The translations under genes were made by a program, and so were the position numbers. Shown piece by piece: positions 23,590 to 31,121 of a stretch of DNA of 32,000 bases. The stretch comes from Dendronalium phyllosphericum CENA369 (lineage in GTDB: Bacteria; Cyanobacteriota; Cyanobacteriia; Cyanobacteriales; Nostocaceae). Position 1 is the first letter of the stretch; each line of letters starts with the position of its first letter. Under the pieces are notes generated by a model. That model was not told the DNA's origin and ran no database searches. It was given only the letters and a program-made list of their open reading frames with translations. Location of the stretch: assembly GCF_016056275.1 (NCBI RefSeq), contig NZ_JAECZA010000316.1:2656-34655 (forward strand), given 5' to 3'.

Positions 23590-24326
23590 TGGCTGTGAGT
23601 AATGGTAAAGGTAATGGTGGAGTATCACATTTAGATAGATTACTGTCAGAAAAGTCAGCAGAATTTCAAGCGAAAGTGTTGCGGTTTGCGCTTGATTCTG
23701 GCATGAAACAGGATGATCCAGCATTTCGATTAGTGCAGTACATCGGCTATTTGGCACAGTTGACAGAAACTGCACCAAATGATTGGAAGTTATTATTTGA
23801 AAATTTACAGGCGGAACTGAACCAATGGAGCCAACTGACAGCAGAGCAACTGAAGACTCAGGCAGACCACACGGAGAACATCAAAAATCTAGCGACGAGT
23901 TGCAATCAGCTAGGGATAGCCTTGAGCGCATTAAATCTAACGTCGCAGCAACAACTGGAGCTATTGCAGAACTTAACCAAACTCTCCGGGAATTGGAACA
24001 ATCCCTCGCCAACCCCAACAGAGAAATTAATCGCACCGCTACGAGAAGAATTGAAAGAAGTCAAGGAGATGATATCTCTCATGAACCAAAAAGGCGTGGA
24101 ATCAGACGCTAAAAGTTGGGCGAGAGCTTTTATTATCCGGCTTTTTTCTCCGGTCACTTTTTTTATTCTGTTTTTGATTTATTCAAATCTTTTTCCGCTC
24201 AGAGTTCCTTATGAAACTACGCAGTCTTTGGAGAAGATTTTGGAGCAGACTGGTTGGACTAATACCAAGTTGCAACGGGTTGAGAAACGTTTGGGGACAG
24301 ATCCTAATCTTAGACGGCGACGGTAA
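23589..24326 (+). CDS. coiled-coil protein with C-terminal transmembrane segment (leader-operon gene 3)
   Basis: Stop and start overlap as TAATG. The hydrophobic segment is FIIRLFSPVTFFILFLIYSNLF and the tail is basic (RRRR). Confidence 0.55.
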   Translation: MAVSNGKGNGGVSHLDRLLSEKSAEFQAKVLRFALDSGMKQDDPAFRLVQYIGYLAQLTETAPNDWKLLFENLQAELNQWSQLTAEQLKTQADHTENIKNLATSCNQLGIALSALNLTSQQQLELLQNLTKLSGNWNNPSPTPTEKLIAPLREELKEVKEMISLMNQKGVESDAKSWARAFIIRLFSPVTFFILFLIYSNLFPLRVPYETTQSLEKILEQTGWTNTKLQRVEKRLGTDPNLRRRR

Positions 24327-24368
24327 AAAATTGCTGTTGAAAAAGCGATTTAAAATAACTGTGTCTGC

Positions 24369-24407
24369 ATTACACGAAATAGTTAATTTCGTGTAATTCC
24401 AAATTTT
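24369..24407 (+). terminator. perfect 12-bp-stem hairpin plus T-run after the leader operon
   Basis: ATTACACGAAAT-AGTTA-ATTTCGTGTAAT is followed by TCCAAATTTTG. The stem is AT-rich, so it could instead be a protein-binding palindrome. Confidence 0.45.
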
Positions 24408-24480
24408 GCCCCAATTGCGGAATTCATTAGAGAAAACGTGTAATATCAGTAAAATCTGATGCTGCTAGATGAGGTAGTAC

Positions 24481-24894
24481 ATGGAGCCACTAACTGCGGG
24501 TGCGATCGCTTTTACAAGCTGGGTGGTAGGTAAACTGATTGACTGGTCAACAGACAAAACTTTTGATATAGCCTCACAACGGCTGATGCAACTCCTTGTT
24601 GAAAAATCGCCAGACACAGCCAAAAGCTTAACAGCAGCAGCAGAGCGTGCCGCTTTAGCGCCTAATGAACGAGAAGATATTGGGGAAGCAGTCTTGGTAG
24701 AAGAAGTGTCCAAGGCAGCAGCCAAAGATGCAGAAATTAAAGCAGCAGTAGAAGCTTTAGGAAATGATGTCAATCAAGCTGTAAACGAGAATCGTGAAGT
24801 TGAAAAGCGTTTGACAACTGTGATTGAGAATTGGAAAGGGATAAGCATAAAGGGCGGAATTACTACAATCAATAATCCTACCCTTAACTTTTGA
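24481..24894 (+). CDS. 137-aa helical module protein, paralog of 17716-18165
   Basis: MEPLTAGAIAFTSWVVGKLIDWS.. and EDIGEAVLVEEVSKAA..EIKAAVEALGNDV match the other copy. GAGGTAGTAC lies before the ATG. The tail is GISIKGGITTINNPTLNF. Confidence 0.7.
   Translation: MEPLTAGAIAFTSWVVGKLIDWSTDKTFDIASQRLMQLLVEKSPDTAKSLTAAAERAALAPNEREDIGEAVLVEEVSKAAAKDAEIKAAVEALGNDVNQAVNENREVEKRLTTVIENWKGISIKGGITTINNPTLNF
24892..24894 (+). other. in-frame TGA between the 137-aa module and the NB-ARC ORF
   Basis: 24481 and 24988 are in the same frame. The 31 intervening codons have no stop and no ATG/GTG/TTG. The next base after TGA is C. Confidence 0.9.
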
Positions 24895-24987
24895 CTACAG
24901 TCGTCCTCTGGGGAAAGGACAAAGTTAAATCCCCCAAATAATGTTCCTCGTAGTGGTGTAGTTAAGTTCATCGGACGAGAATCAGAA

Positions 24988-26013
24988 TTGGAGCAACTAC
25001 ACACGCAATTGCAGCAAGTAAACTTAGTTTCTATTTCTGCGATAGAAGGCATGGGAGGAGTGGGCAAAACAGAACTCGCTATTCAGTACACTCAGCAGTA
25101 TAAATCGTCTTATGAAGGAGGTATCTGCTGGCTATTTGCTAGAGAATTTAACGTAGGTACTCAGGTTATCGGGTTTGCCCAATCTCAACTGAACCTGAAA
25201 ATTCCAGAAGGATTAGAATTGTATGACCAAGTAGCTTTTTGCTGGCGAAACTGGTGTGAAGGTGATGTTCTGCTGGTATTGGATGATGTGGTTAACTATC
25301 GCCGAGATATCGAACCATACTTGCCGTCTGCTGCATTCACCCGCTTCAAGATAGTGATGACAACTCGGCAAAAGTTTAGTCCACCCGTTCAGTCGCTGTC
25401 TCTAGATGTGCTGTCTCCAGAACAATCTCTAGAATTGTTGACAGTTTTAATTGGGAAAGAACGAGTTCAGCAGGACTTTGAGATAGCCAACACACTTTGT
25501 CATTGGTTAGAGTATCTACCTCTGGGAATCGAACTTGTTGGGCGCTATTTGCTTGAGCGAAAGGAGCTATCGCTTTTCACACTGCTGTTCCGGCTGCAAG
25601 AGAAAGCCTTGGAGCGGCAAGCAATTAGATACGCCGCTCTTAAGCTAAATGAGGAAAATAGTACTTCAACAGGTAGACGGGGGGCAGAAGCTGCGTTTGA
25701 GTTGAGTTGGGTTGAGCTAGATAACAACAGTCAGCACTTAGGTAAGTTATTGAGTGTGTTTGCATCTGCACCAATTCCCTGGTACTTAGCTGAGTCAGCC
25801 GAGCGAAACTATTGTGAAAACTCTAATGGTGGTAACAAGTTTGATGTTGAGGAAATGGAGGAAGCAAGAGCTAAGTTATTAAGATTTCACTTGCTACAAC
25901 TTTTGCAGCAGCAGGAGCAAATCTACCGTCTACATTCGCTAATTCGTGAGTTCTTTAGAAGCAAGTTAGAAGGAGAACCTGATGTTACAACTTCGGACTC
26001 AAAAGCAAATTGA
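24988..26013 (+). CDS. NB-ARC-type STAND NTPase domain (NLR-like); coding sequence evidently begins upstream of the TTG, and the C-terminus is frameshifted into the TPR ORF
   Basis: GMGGVGKTELA (P-loop), VLLVLDDV (Walker B), KIVMTTRQ, and YLPLGIELVGRYL (GLPL-like). The conserved pre-P-loop motif FIGRESELEQL straddles or precedes the TTG start. Confidence 0.8.
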   Translation: MEQLHTQLQQVNLVSISAIEGMGGVGKTELAIQYTQQYKSSYEGGICWLFAREFNVGTQVIGFAQSQLNLKIPEGLELYDQVAFCWRNWCEGDVLLVLDDVVNYRRDIEPYLPSAAFTRFKIVMTTRQKFSPPVQSLSLDVLSPEQSLELLTVLIGKERVQQDFEIANTLCHWLEYLPLGIELVGRYLLERKELSLFTLLFRLQEKALERQAIRYAALKLNEENSTSTGRRGAEAAFELSWVELDNNSQHLGKLLSVFASAPIPWYLAESAERNYCENSNGGNKFDVEEMEEARAKLLRFHLLQLLQQQEQIYRLHSLIREFFRSKLEGEPDVTTSDSKAN

Positions 26014-27739
26014 AGCAAAGAAATTAAAACGTGCTGTGGCTGCTGCAATGGTAGCAATTTCTCAAAAAATACCTGATTCACCAACTCAAGAGGATATTAA
26101 ATTAGTAAAAGATGCAATACCACATTTAGCGGAGGTGGCACAAAATCTAACTGATGTAGTTAGTGATCAAGATTTAATTTGGCCTTTTGTAGGCTTAGGT
26201 AAATTTTATCGGGGACAGAGTTTGTATGCGATCACACAAGCTTGGTGTGAGGAATGCGTAACAGTATTAAAATCCCGCCTTGGGAATGAACATCCTCATG
26301 TAGCAACTAGTCTGAATAATTTAGGAGAAGTCTATTGTTCTCAAGGACGTTACAGCGAAGCCGAACCTTTGCTCATGCAAGCTTTGGTGATGAGGAAACC
26401 CTTGCTAGGAGACGAACACCCAGATGTCGCAACTACTATGAACAATTTGGCATCTCTCTACAGTTCCCAAGGACGGTACACCGAAGCGGAACCTTTGCTC
26501 ATCAAAGCTTTGGCAACGTATAAACACCTGTTGGGGGATAAACACCCTAATGTCGCCATTAGCCTGAATAATTTGGCAAAACTTTACAATTCCCAAGGAC
26601 GGTACACCGAAGCGGAACCTTTGCTCATCGAAGCTTTGGCAACGTATAAACACCGATTTGGGGATGAACACCTTAATGTCGCCATTAGCCTGAGTAATTT
26701 GGCATCTCTCTACAGTTCCCAAGGAAGGTACACCAAAGCCGAACCTTTGTATATCAAAGCTTTGGAAATGACAAAACGCCTGCTGGGGGATGAACACCTT
26801 GATGTCGCATCTAGTATGAACTGTTTGGCTGGACTTTACGACTCTCAGGGACGCTACACTGAAGCTGAACCCTTGTACGTTGAGGCTTTGGTGATGAGAA
26901 AACGCCTGCTGGGGGATGAACACCCTGATGTTGCATCTAGTATGAACAATTTGGCATTTCTCTACAGTTCCCAAGGACGGTACACCAAAGCCGAACCTTT
27001 GTATATCAAAGCTTTGGAAATGACAAAACGTCTGTTGGGGGATGAACACCCTCATGTAGCACAAAGCCTGAATAATTTGGCATCTCTCTACCATTCTCAA
27101 GGACTTTACAGCGAAGCCGAACCTTTGTTCATCCAAGCTTTGGTGATGAGGAAACGCTTGCTGGGAGATAAACACCCTGATACTATATCTAGCCTGAATA
27201 ATTTAGCATTTATCTACCATTCTCAAAGACGTTACAGCGAAGCTGAACCTTTGTTCGTCCTAGCTTTGGTGATGAGAAAACGCCTGTTGGGGGATGAACA
27301 CCCTGATGTTGCAACTAGTCTGAATAATTTGGGAGAACTCTATTATTTTCAAGGACGTTACAGCGAAGCCGAACCTTTGCTCATCGAAGCTTTGGTGATG
27401 TGGAAACGCTTGCTGGGAGATGAACACCCTCATGTGGCACAAAGCCTGAGCAATTTAGCAGAACTCTACCGTTCCCAAAGACGCTATAACGAAGCCGAAC
27501 CTTTATTCATCCAAGCTTTAGCGATGAAAAAACGTTTGCTGGGAGATAAACACCCAGATATTGCATCTAGCCTGAACAATTTGGCAGGACTCTACTATTT
27601 TTTAGGACGTTACAGTGAAGCCGAATTTTTGTTAATCGAGACTTTGGAGATTTTGGAACAAGAGTTAGGAGCAAATCATCCCAATATAATCACGACGCAA
27701 AATAATTTGGAATCTTTGCGTCAACGTCGTCAGTCTTAG
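25982..27739 (+). CDS. TPR-repeat (kinesin-light-chain-like TPR_10/12) sensor region of the NLR, encoded in the +1 frame relative to the NB-ARC ORF
   Basis: Eleven ~42-aa repeats of the form HP.VA.SLNNLA.LY.SQGRY.EAEPL...AL.M.KRLLGDE. The frame is open from 25970 and overlaps the NB-ARC ORF end (26013). Confidence 0.8.
   Translation: MLQLRTQKQIEAKKLKRAVAAAMVAISQKIPDSPTQEDIKLVKDAIPHLAEVAQNLTDVVSDQDLIWPFVGLGKFYRGQSLYAITQAWCEECVTVLKSRLGNEHPHVATSLNNLGEVYCSQGRYSEAEPLLMQALVMRKPLLGDEHPDVATTMNNLASLYSSQGRYTEAEPLLIKALATYKHLLGDKHPNVAISLNNLAKLYNSQGRYTEAEPLLIEALATYKHRFGDEHLNVAISLSNLASLYSSQGRYTKAEPLYIKALEMTKRLLGDEHLDVASSMNCLAGLYDSQGRYTEAEPLYVEALVMRKRLLGDEHPDVASSMNNLAFLYSSQGRYTKAEPLYIKALEMTKRLLGDEHPHVAQSLNNLASLYHSQGLYSEAEPLFIQALVMRKRLLGDKHPDTISSLNNLAFIYHSQRRYSEAEPLFVLALVMRKRLLGDEHPDVATSLNNLGELYYFQGRYSEAEPLLIEALVMWKRLLGDEHPHVAQSLSNLAELYRSQRRYNEAEPLFIQALAMKKRLLGDKHPDIASSLNNLAGLYYFLGRYSEAEFLLIETLEILEQELGANHPNIITTQNNLESLRQRRQS
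26288..27676 (+). repeat. about 11 tandem 126-bp coding repeats (TPR units)
   Basis: The periodic DNA and protein repeat is seen directly. It also generates long spurious antisense ORFs. Confidence 0.85.
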
Positions 27740-27774
27740 TTTTAGGCAAAGCAATATTGATTTTTCAGGGTGTC

Positions 27775-27927
27775 GGGGTTCTCGTAGCATCCGTGCAATA
27801 ACTTACGTTAAGGCCAGAAAGCAGACACAGCAACCCTTTTAACAACGGTTAAACATTGCCTAGTTTATATTATTTTAGGCAAAGTTTGTCTTAGCGTAAG
27901 TTTCTGTTCGATTGCTACCAGAACCCC
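27775..27927. repeat. about 150-bp element bounded by ~40-nt imperfect inverted repeats between two convergent genes
   Basis: GGGGTTCTCGTAGCA..AACTTACGTTAAG lies at 27775. Its partner CTTAGCGTAAGTT..TGCTACCAGAACCCC ends at 27927. TTTTAGGCAAAG is directly repeated at 27740 and 27873. Confidence 0.45.
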
Positions 27928-27956
27928 TAACAGTAGCGGTGAGGGAGCCGCAAACA

Positions 27957-30947
27957 TCAACTCTTAACGAGCAGATATTCGGGTGCAAACCACAATTCTC
28001 TGCCGTCTGCAATCAGCCTGCATTGTTCCCCATCAAAAGCAATCACCTCACCCTCCAGCCCATCAAAGCGTCCTCCGGCATTAATCGTCACCGTTTTACC
28101 AATTAGATCCACTGTGGTTGTTAATTGTGCTTCTTGGCACTCTGTATCTAGCCGTGCTTCAGTATTATTTTGATTGTCTACGTAGACAATATCCGATTGT
28201 CTACGGTCGTGCAGACAATCTTTTTCCTCGCTATTATCAGGTATTTGCTGGCATTGAGGGCTATTGTCTACATTGTCTGCATCTTGAAAGCTCTTTTCCA
28301 AATTTGGTTTGTCGAATGCAATAAACCTTACGGAGCGACCTTTACGTACAACTGACCCGTAACCCATTTGAGCCATTTTTTCAAATAGGTCGGCTACGTA
28401 AGCCCCCACTTCTCTTTGAGCCGCCTTAGCGCGGTTTTGAATGGGGCGAGAATCTTTATAAACATCACGGGCGCTGATCCCATCAGGATGTTTACTCAGT
28501 GCCGCAGCGTGAATTTGCAACATAATTGATGCAATGTCATCGCTGGTGCTAACTTTTTCCTGCAAGATATGAAAGGCGCTGCGGTAGTATTGGGCAAAGG
28601 TGACAGCCCGTTTTAAGGTGGCTAGGGATAGTGTTTTGATGTCAGTGGTTCCGGGGCTGTAAAAACACTCAATCAAGTGCAAAGCCAGCGCTATCCGCAG
28701 GATGTGAGTATCAAGCTTGTTCATCCAGGTGCGGATACCAGCATGAGAAATCTGCTCGATTTGGTCGCCGATGCTGTCAACAATTCTGGCAAAATACTTT
28801 TGAGCATCTGGCGCTATCTTGACTGTTTGTTCTGTTAAATTGTCTAACCACTCATAAAGTACGGGCAGGCGATCGCTCAGGCGGCAGTAAGCCCCAGGTA
28901 CGTACCGTTTCTTACGTTGTTCGGGTACTGCAAACAAGAAGCGGGCTTGCATCCCGTTCCCGTCGTTAGCGTCTTTAAAAACTTTGCGGAAAACATCATT
29001 CTGGATGCCACCAGCCAGTGATACTGCTGTGCCAGCAATGCTGTAACTATTTTCAATGTCGGCGCGGTCAACAAATGTTGGCTTGTTGTCCCAAAGCTTC
29101 AGCACCAATTCTGTGGCTTCCGTTTCACTACCGGAAAACTGATTAAGAGAACTAAAAAGTCCTTTAAATTCATCCCGCGCCCACAAAGAACCGTGGTTTC
29201 CTTGTTCTGATAGGCGTTTGAGGACTGATTGAATTGTGGCGACTTCAAACAGGTACTTTCTCAACCCTGGCTTTTCTGGTTCTGGGGCTTCAAAGTCCCC
29301 AGCTTTTTCATACCGGGAGATCGCCCGTTTGTACTCTTTAGCCCTTTCCTTATAATCCGCGTCGGCGCGTAGCTGCATCTCCCGTAGTGGCGCAAAAACA
29401 AGGCTGTCAGCACGGGTTTTACCGCCGCCACTCGGTATAACGGTGCAAGTCCAGTTAATCGCAGGGATACCACCATACTCATCCAGAGTAAACGTCCCTG
29501 CTAATGACGATACGGCAGGCAACAAAGCTTGCCAAATCATTACAGGGTCAATATTAAGTTTTTCTGCATCATGCTTGATGTCGCGGGCTAGGGGCGCGGG
29601 TAATACTTCATCCCAGTTAATCCGAGTTTGGCTGTAATCCATTAAGGATTTCAGCCGGATTTCGTCTTCTGGTAGTACTTCATTCACTTTTACTCGTTGA
29701 CTGGAAACAATGCTTTCAAATAATTTCCGGTCAACTAGGTCTTCGTACTGATGATAAAGAGAGTTAAGTTTTTGACGTTCTACAAATTCCGAATAATTAG
29801 ACTCGATAATAGTGTAGATATTGCCGACAATAGCTTGAATTATTCTCTCATCATCATTTTTGGGTGTAGACAATGGCGTAGACAATAAGCCATTGTCTAC
29901 GTAGACAAGAGATTTTCTACTTAAATCAGGTGTTGTACTGATATTAATTTGATACTTTTTCAGCCAAGCGGAGTAACATCCTTGTAGCTTTTCATCATCA
30001 AGGCTGGGGCGAATGGCTTTCGCGTCGGCTTTTCTCCACCAACCTTCGCGCTCCTGTGAACTAAGTGGCGGTGTGCAGCGATCGCAGAACACATCGTACA
30101 AAACCCTTGGTAAGTCCAGATGGTCAATCCCTAATTCATGGAGACGACGAGATGTAGCAATCAGATTAAGGCTCAGTTTCTGGGCTGCCATGTTGCGTCC
30201 ACCGTCGCCTGTGCCATGCTCAATTAAGGCGCGGTCATCCTTACCCAGGAAAATTTCTAAGGGGGGGCGACCAATGACAGCTGGTTTTTGAGGTTTTGGA
30301 GTTGGTGCGGGCGCTCTTGTGGGCTGCTGATGGTTCAGCATCAACTCAATTACCCAGTTGGGGCATTTGGCAACCTCAATATCCTGGGGCGATCGCACCC
30401 AGTAATAACTACCAGTTTGGGGGTGTACAGATGGCGGTAGTACGCTTTGCAATCCATTCCAGCGAAATTCTAGTAACTGCTCTTTACCGTCATCGCCCTT
30501 GACCCCAGTTTTGAGCTTGACAGTTTTTACTACTTGCCAGTATTCCTCTGTGACAAAGTAAAGTAACTGTCTGCGCCCAGCTTTGCCAGAGCTAAAAATT
30601 ACTGTATCGGGTAAGTCGCCATCAGCAAGCTTTTGTAGTAATGCTTCTGCTGCGTAACCGTCCGCATCAATGGCTAAAATTCCGCCTGATACTTCACCTG
30701 TGCGGATGCCGTAGCCCAAAGCTTTGCTTGATTGCAGTTCTTTAATCAGCGCCTGCCTACTTAGTGCTGTTTCTCTTTGCCAGTCCTCACGATAAGGGCG
30801 CTTATTGTCTGTAACAGGAGTCAATGCCCAGTGAAGAGGAATTTGCTGTAAGCCTGAAATTAACCGCTCTGCTGTTGTTGGATTCAATTGTGTAGTATGC
30901 ACTTGTATTACCTCGAATTTTCTTTCAAAATTCGGGTAACTCCTCAT
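27957..30947 (-). CDS. replication protein: N-terminal bifunctional primase-polymerase (Prim-Pol) domain, central DUF3987/helicase-like P-loop domain, small C-terminal beta-rich domain
   Basis: PVTDNKRPYREDWQ and GYGIRTGEVSGGILAIDADG match the Prim-Pol pattern. CTVIPSGGGKTRADS is P-loop-like. The C-terminus is GKTVTINAGGRFDGLEGEVIAF (SH3/KOW-like). The exact start is uncertain: ATG 30947 or a downstream GTG. Confidence 0.8.
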   Translation of the reverse strand: MRSYPNFERKFEVIQVHTTQLNPTTAERLISGLQQIPLHWALTPVTDNKRPYREDWQRETALSRQALIKELQSSKALGYGIRTGEVSGGILAIDADGYAAEALLQKLADGDLPDTVIFSSGKAGRRQLLYFVTEEYWQVVKTVKLKTGVKGDDGKEQLLEFRWNGLQSVLPPSVHPQTGSYYWVRSPQDIEVAKCPNWVIELMLNHQQPTRAPAPTPKPQKPAVIGRPPLEIFLGKDDRALIEHGTGDGGRNMAAQKLSLNLIATSRRLHELGIDHLDLPRVLYDVFCDRCTPPLSSQEREGWWRKADAKAIRPSLDDEKLQGCYSAWLKKYQINISTTPDLSRKSLVYVDNGLLSTPLSTPKNDDERIIQAIVGNIYTIIESNYSEFVERQKLNSLYHQYEDLVDRKLFESIVSSQRVKVNEVLPEDEIRLKSLMDYSQTRINWDEVLPAPLARDIKHDAEKLNIDPVMIWQALLPAVSSLAGTFTLDEYGGIPAINWTCTVIPSGGGKTRADSLVFAPLREMQLRADADYKERAKEYKRAISRYEKAGDFEAPEPEKPGLRKYLFEVATIQSVLKRLSEQGNHGSLWARDEFKGLFSSLNQFSGSETEATELVLKLWDNKPTFVDRADIENSYSIAGTAVSLAGGIQNDVFRKVFKDANDGNGMQARFLFAVPEQRKKRYVPGAYCRLSDRLPVLYEWLDNLTEQTVKIAPDAQKYFARIVDSIGDQIEQISHAGIRTWMNKLDTHILRIALALHLIECFYSPGTTDIKTLSLATLKRAVTFAQYYRSAFHILQEKVSTSDDIASIMLQIHAAALSKHPDGISARDVYKDSRPIQNRAKAAQREVGAYVADLFEKMAQMGYGSVVRKGRSVRFIAFDKPNLEKSFQDADNVDNSPQCQQIPDNSEEKDCLHDRRQSDIVYVDNQNNTEARLDTECQEAQLTTTVDLIGKTVTINAGGRFDGLEGEVIAFDGEQCRLIADGRELWFAPEYLLVKS
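28173..28280. repeat. iteron-like cluster A: six copies of ATTGTCTAC / GTAGACAAT inside the rep gene
   Basis: A perfect 18-bp palindrome ATTGTCTACGTAGACAAT lies at 28173-28190. ATTGTCTAC (28196) and GCAGACAAT (28211) form an inverted pair. Tandem ATTGTCTAC ATTGTCTGC lies at 28263-28280. Confidence 0.7.
29866..29920. repeat. iteron-like cluster B: four to five copies of the same 9-mer inside the rep gene
   Basis: GTAGACAAT occurs at 29866 and 29878. The palindrome ATTGTCTACGTAGACAAG lies at 29892-29909, and a degenerate ATTTTCTAC at 29912. Confidence 0.7.
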
Positions 30948-30984
30948 GTTGCAATGCGAGCGCAGAACTGGTTATCATAGAACT

Positions 30985-31098
30985 GCGATCGCGGTTCCGA
31001 AAAGTCTTGCAGGACATTTTCAGTTCGGAGTTACCCGCGTTATGAATAGTCAAATGACAGAACCCGCTTAACTTCCCGGTCGAGCGGGTTTTGTCGTT
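30985..31098 (+). ncRNA. candidate ~110-nt antisense RNA against the rep-gene leader (speculative)
   Basis: Plus-strand promoter-like TTGCAA (30949-30954), an 18-nt spacer, then TATCAT (30973-30978). The hairpin AACCCGCT-14 nt-AGCGGGTT (31061-31090) is followed by TTGTCGTT. There is no plus-strand ORF here. Confidence 0.2.
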
Positions 31099-31121
31099 GA
31101 GCTATGGACAAAAACATCAAT

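Noticed and set aside
26405-27175. 256-aa minus-strand ORF (and 27260-27442) antisense to the TPR gene
   Set aside because: It lies entirely within the 126-bp tandem TPR coding repeats. Its own sequence is just the periodic antisense reading of those repeats. The plus-strand frame carries the canonical TPR consensus, so the antisense ORFs are repeat artefacts.
1170-30992. At least a dozen GCGATCGC palindromes scattered through genes and spacers (for example 1170, 1988, 3678, 4835, 12614, 18137, 20923, 24502, 28869, 30078, 30389, 30985)
   Set aside because: This is the HIP1 highly iterated palindrome typical of many cyanobacterial genomes. It is useful as a taxonomic signal but is not a local regulatory or mobile feature.
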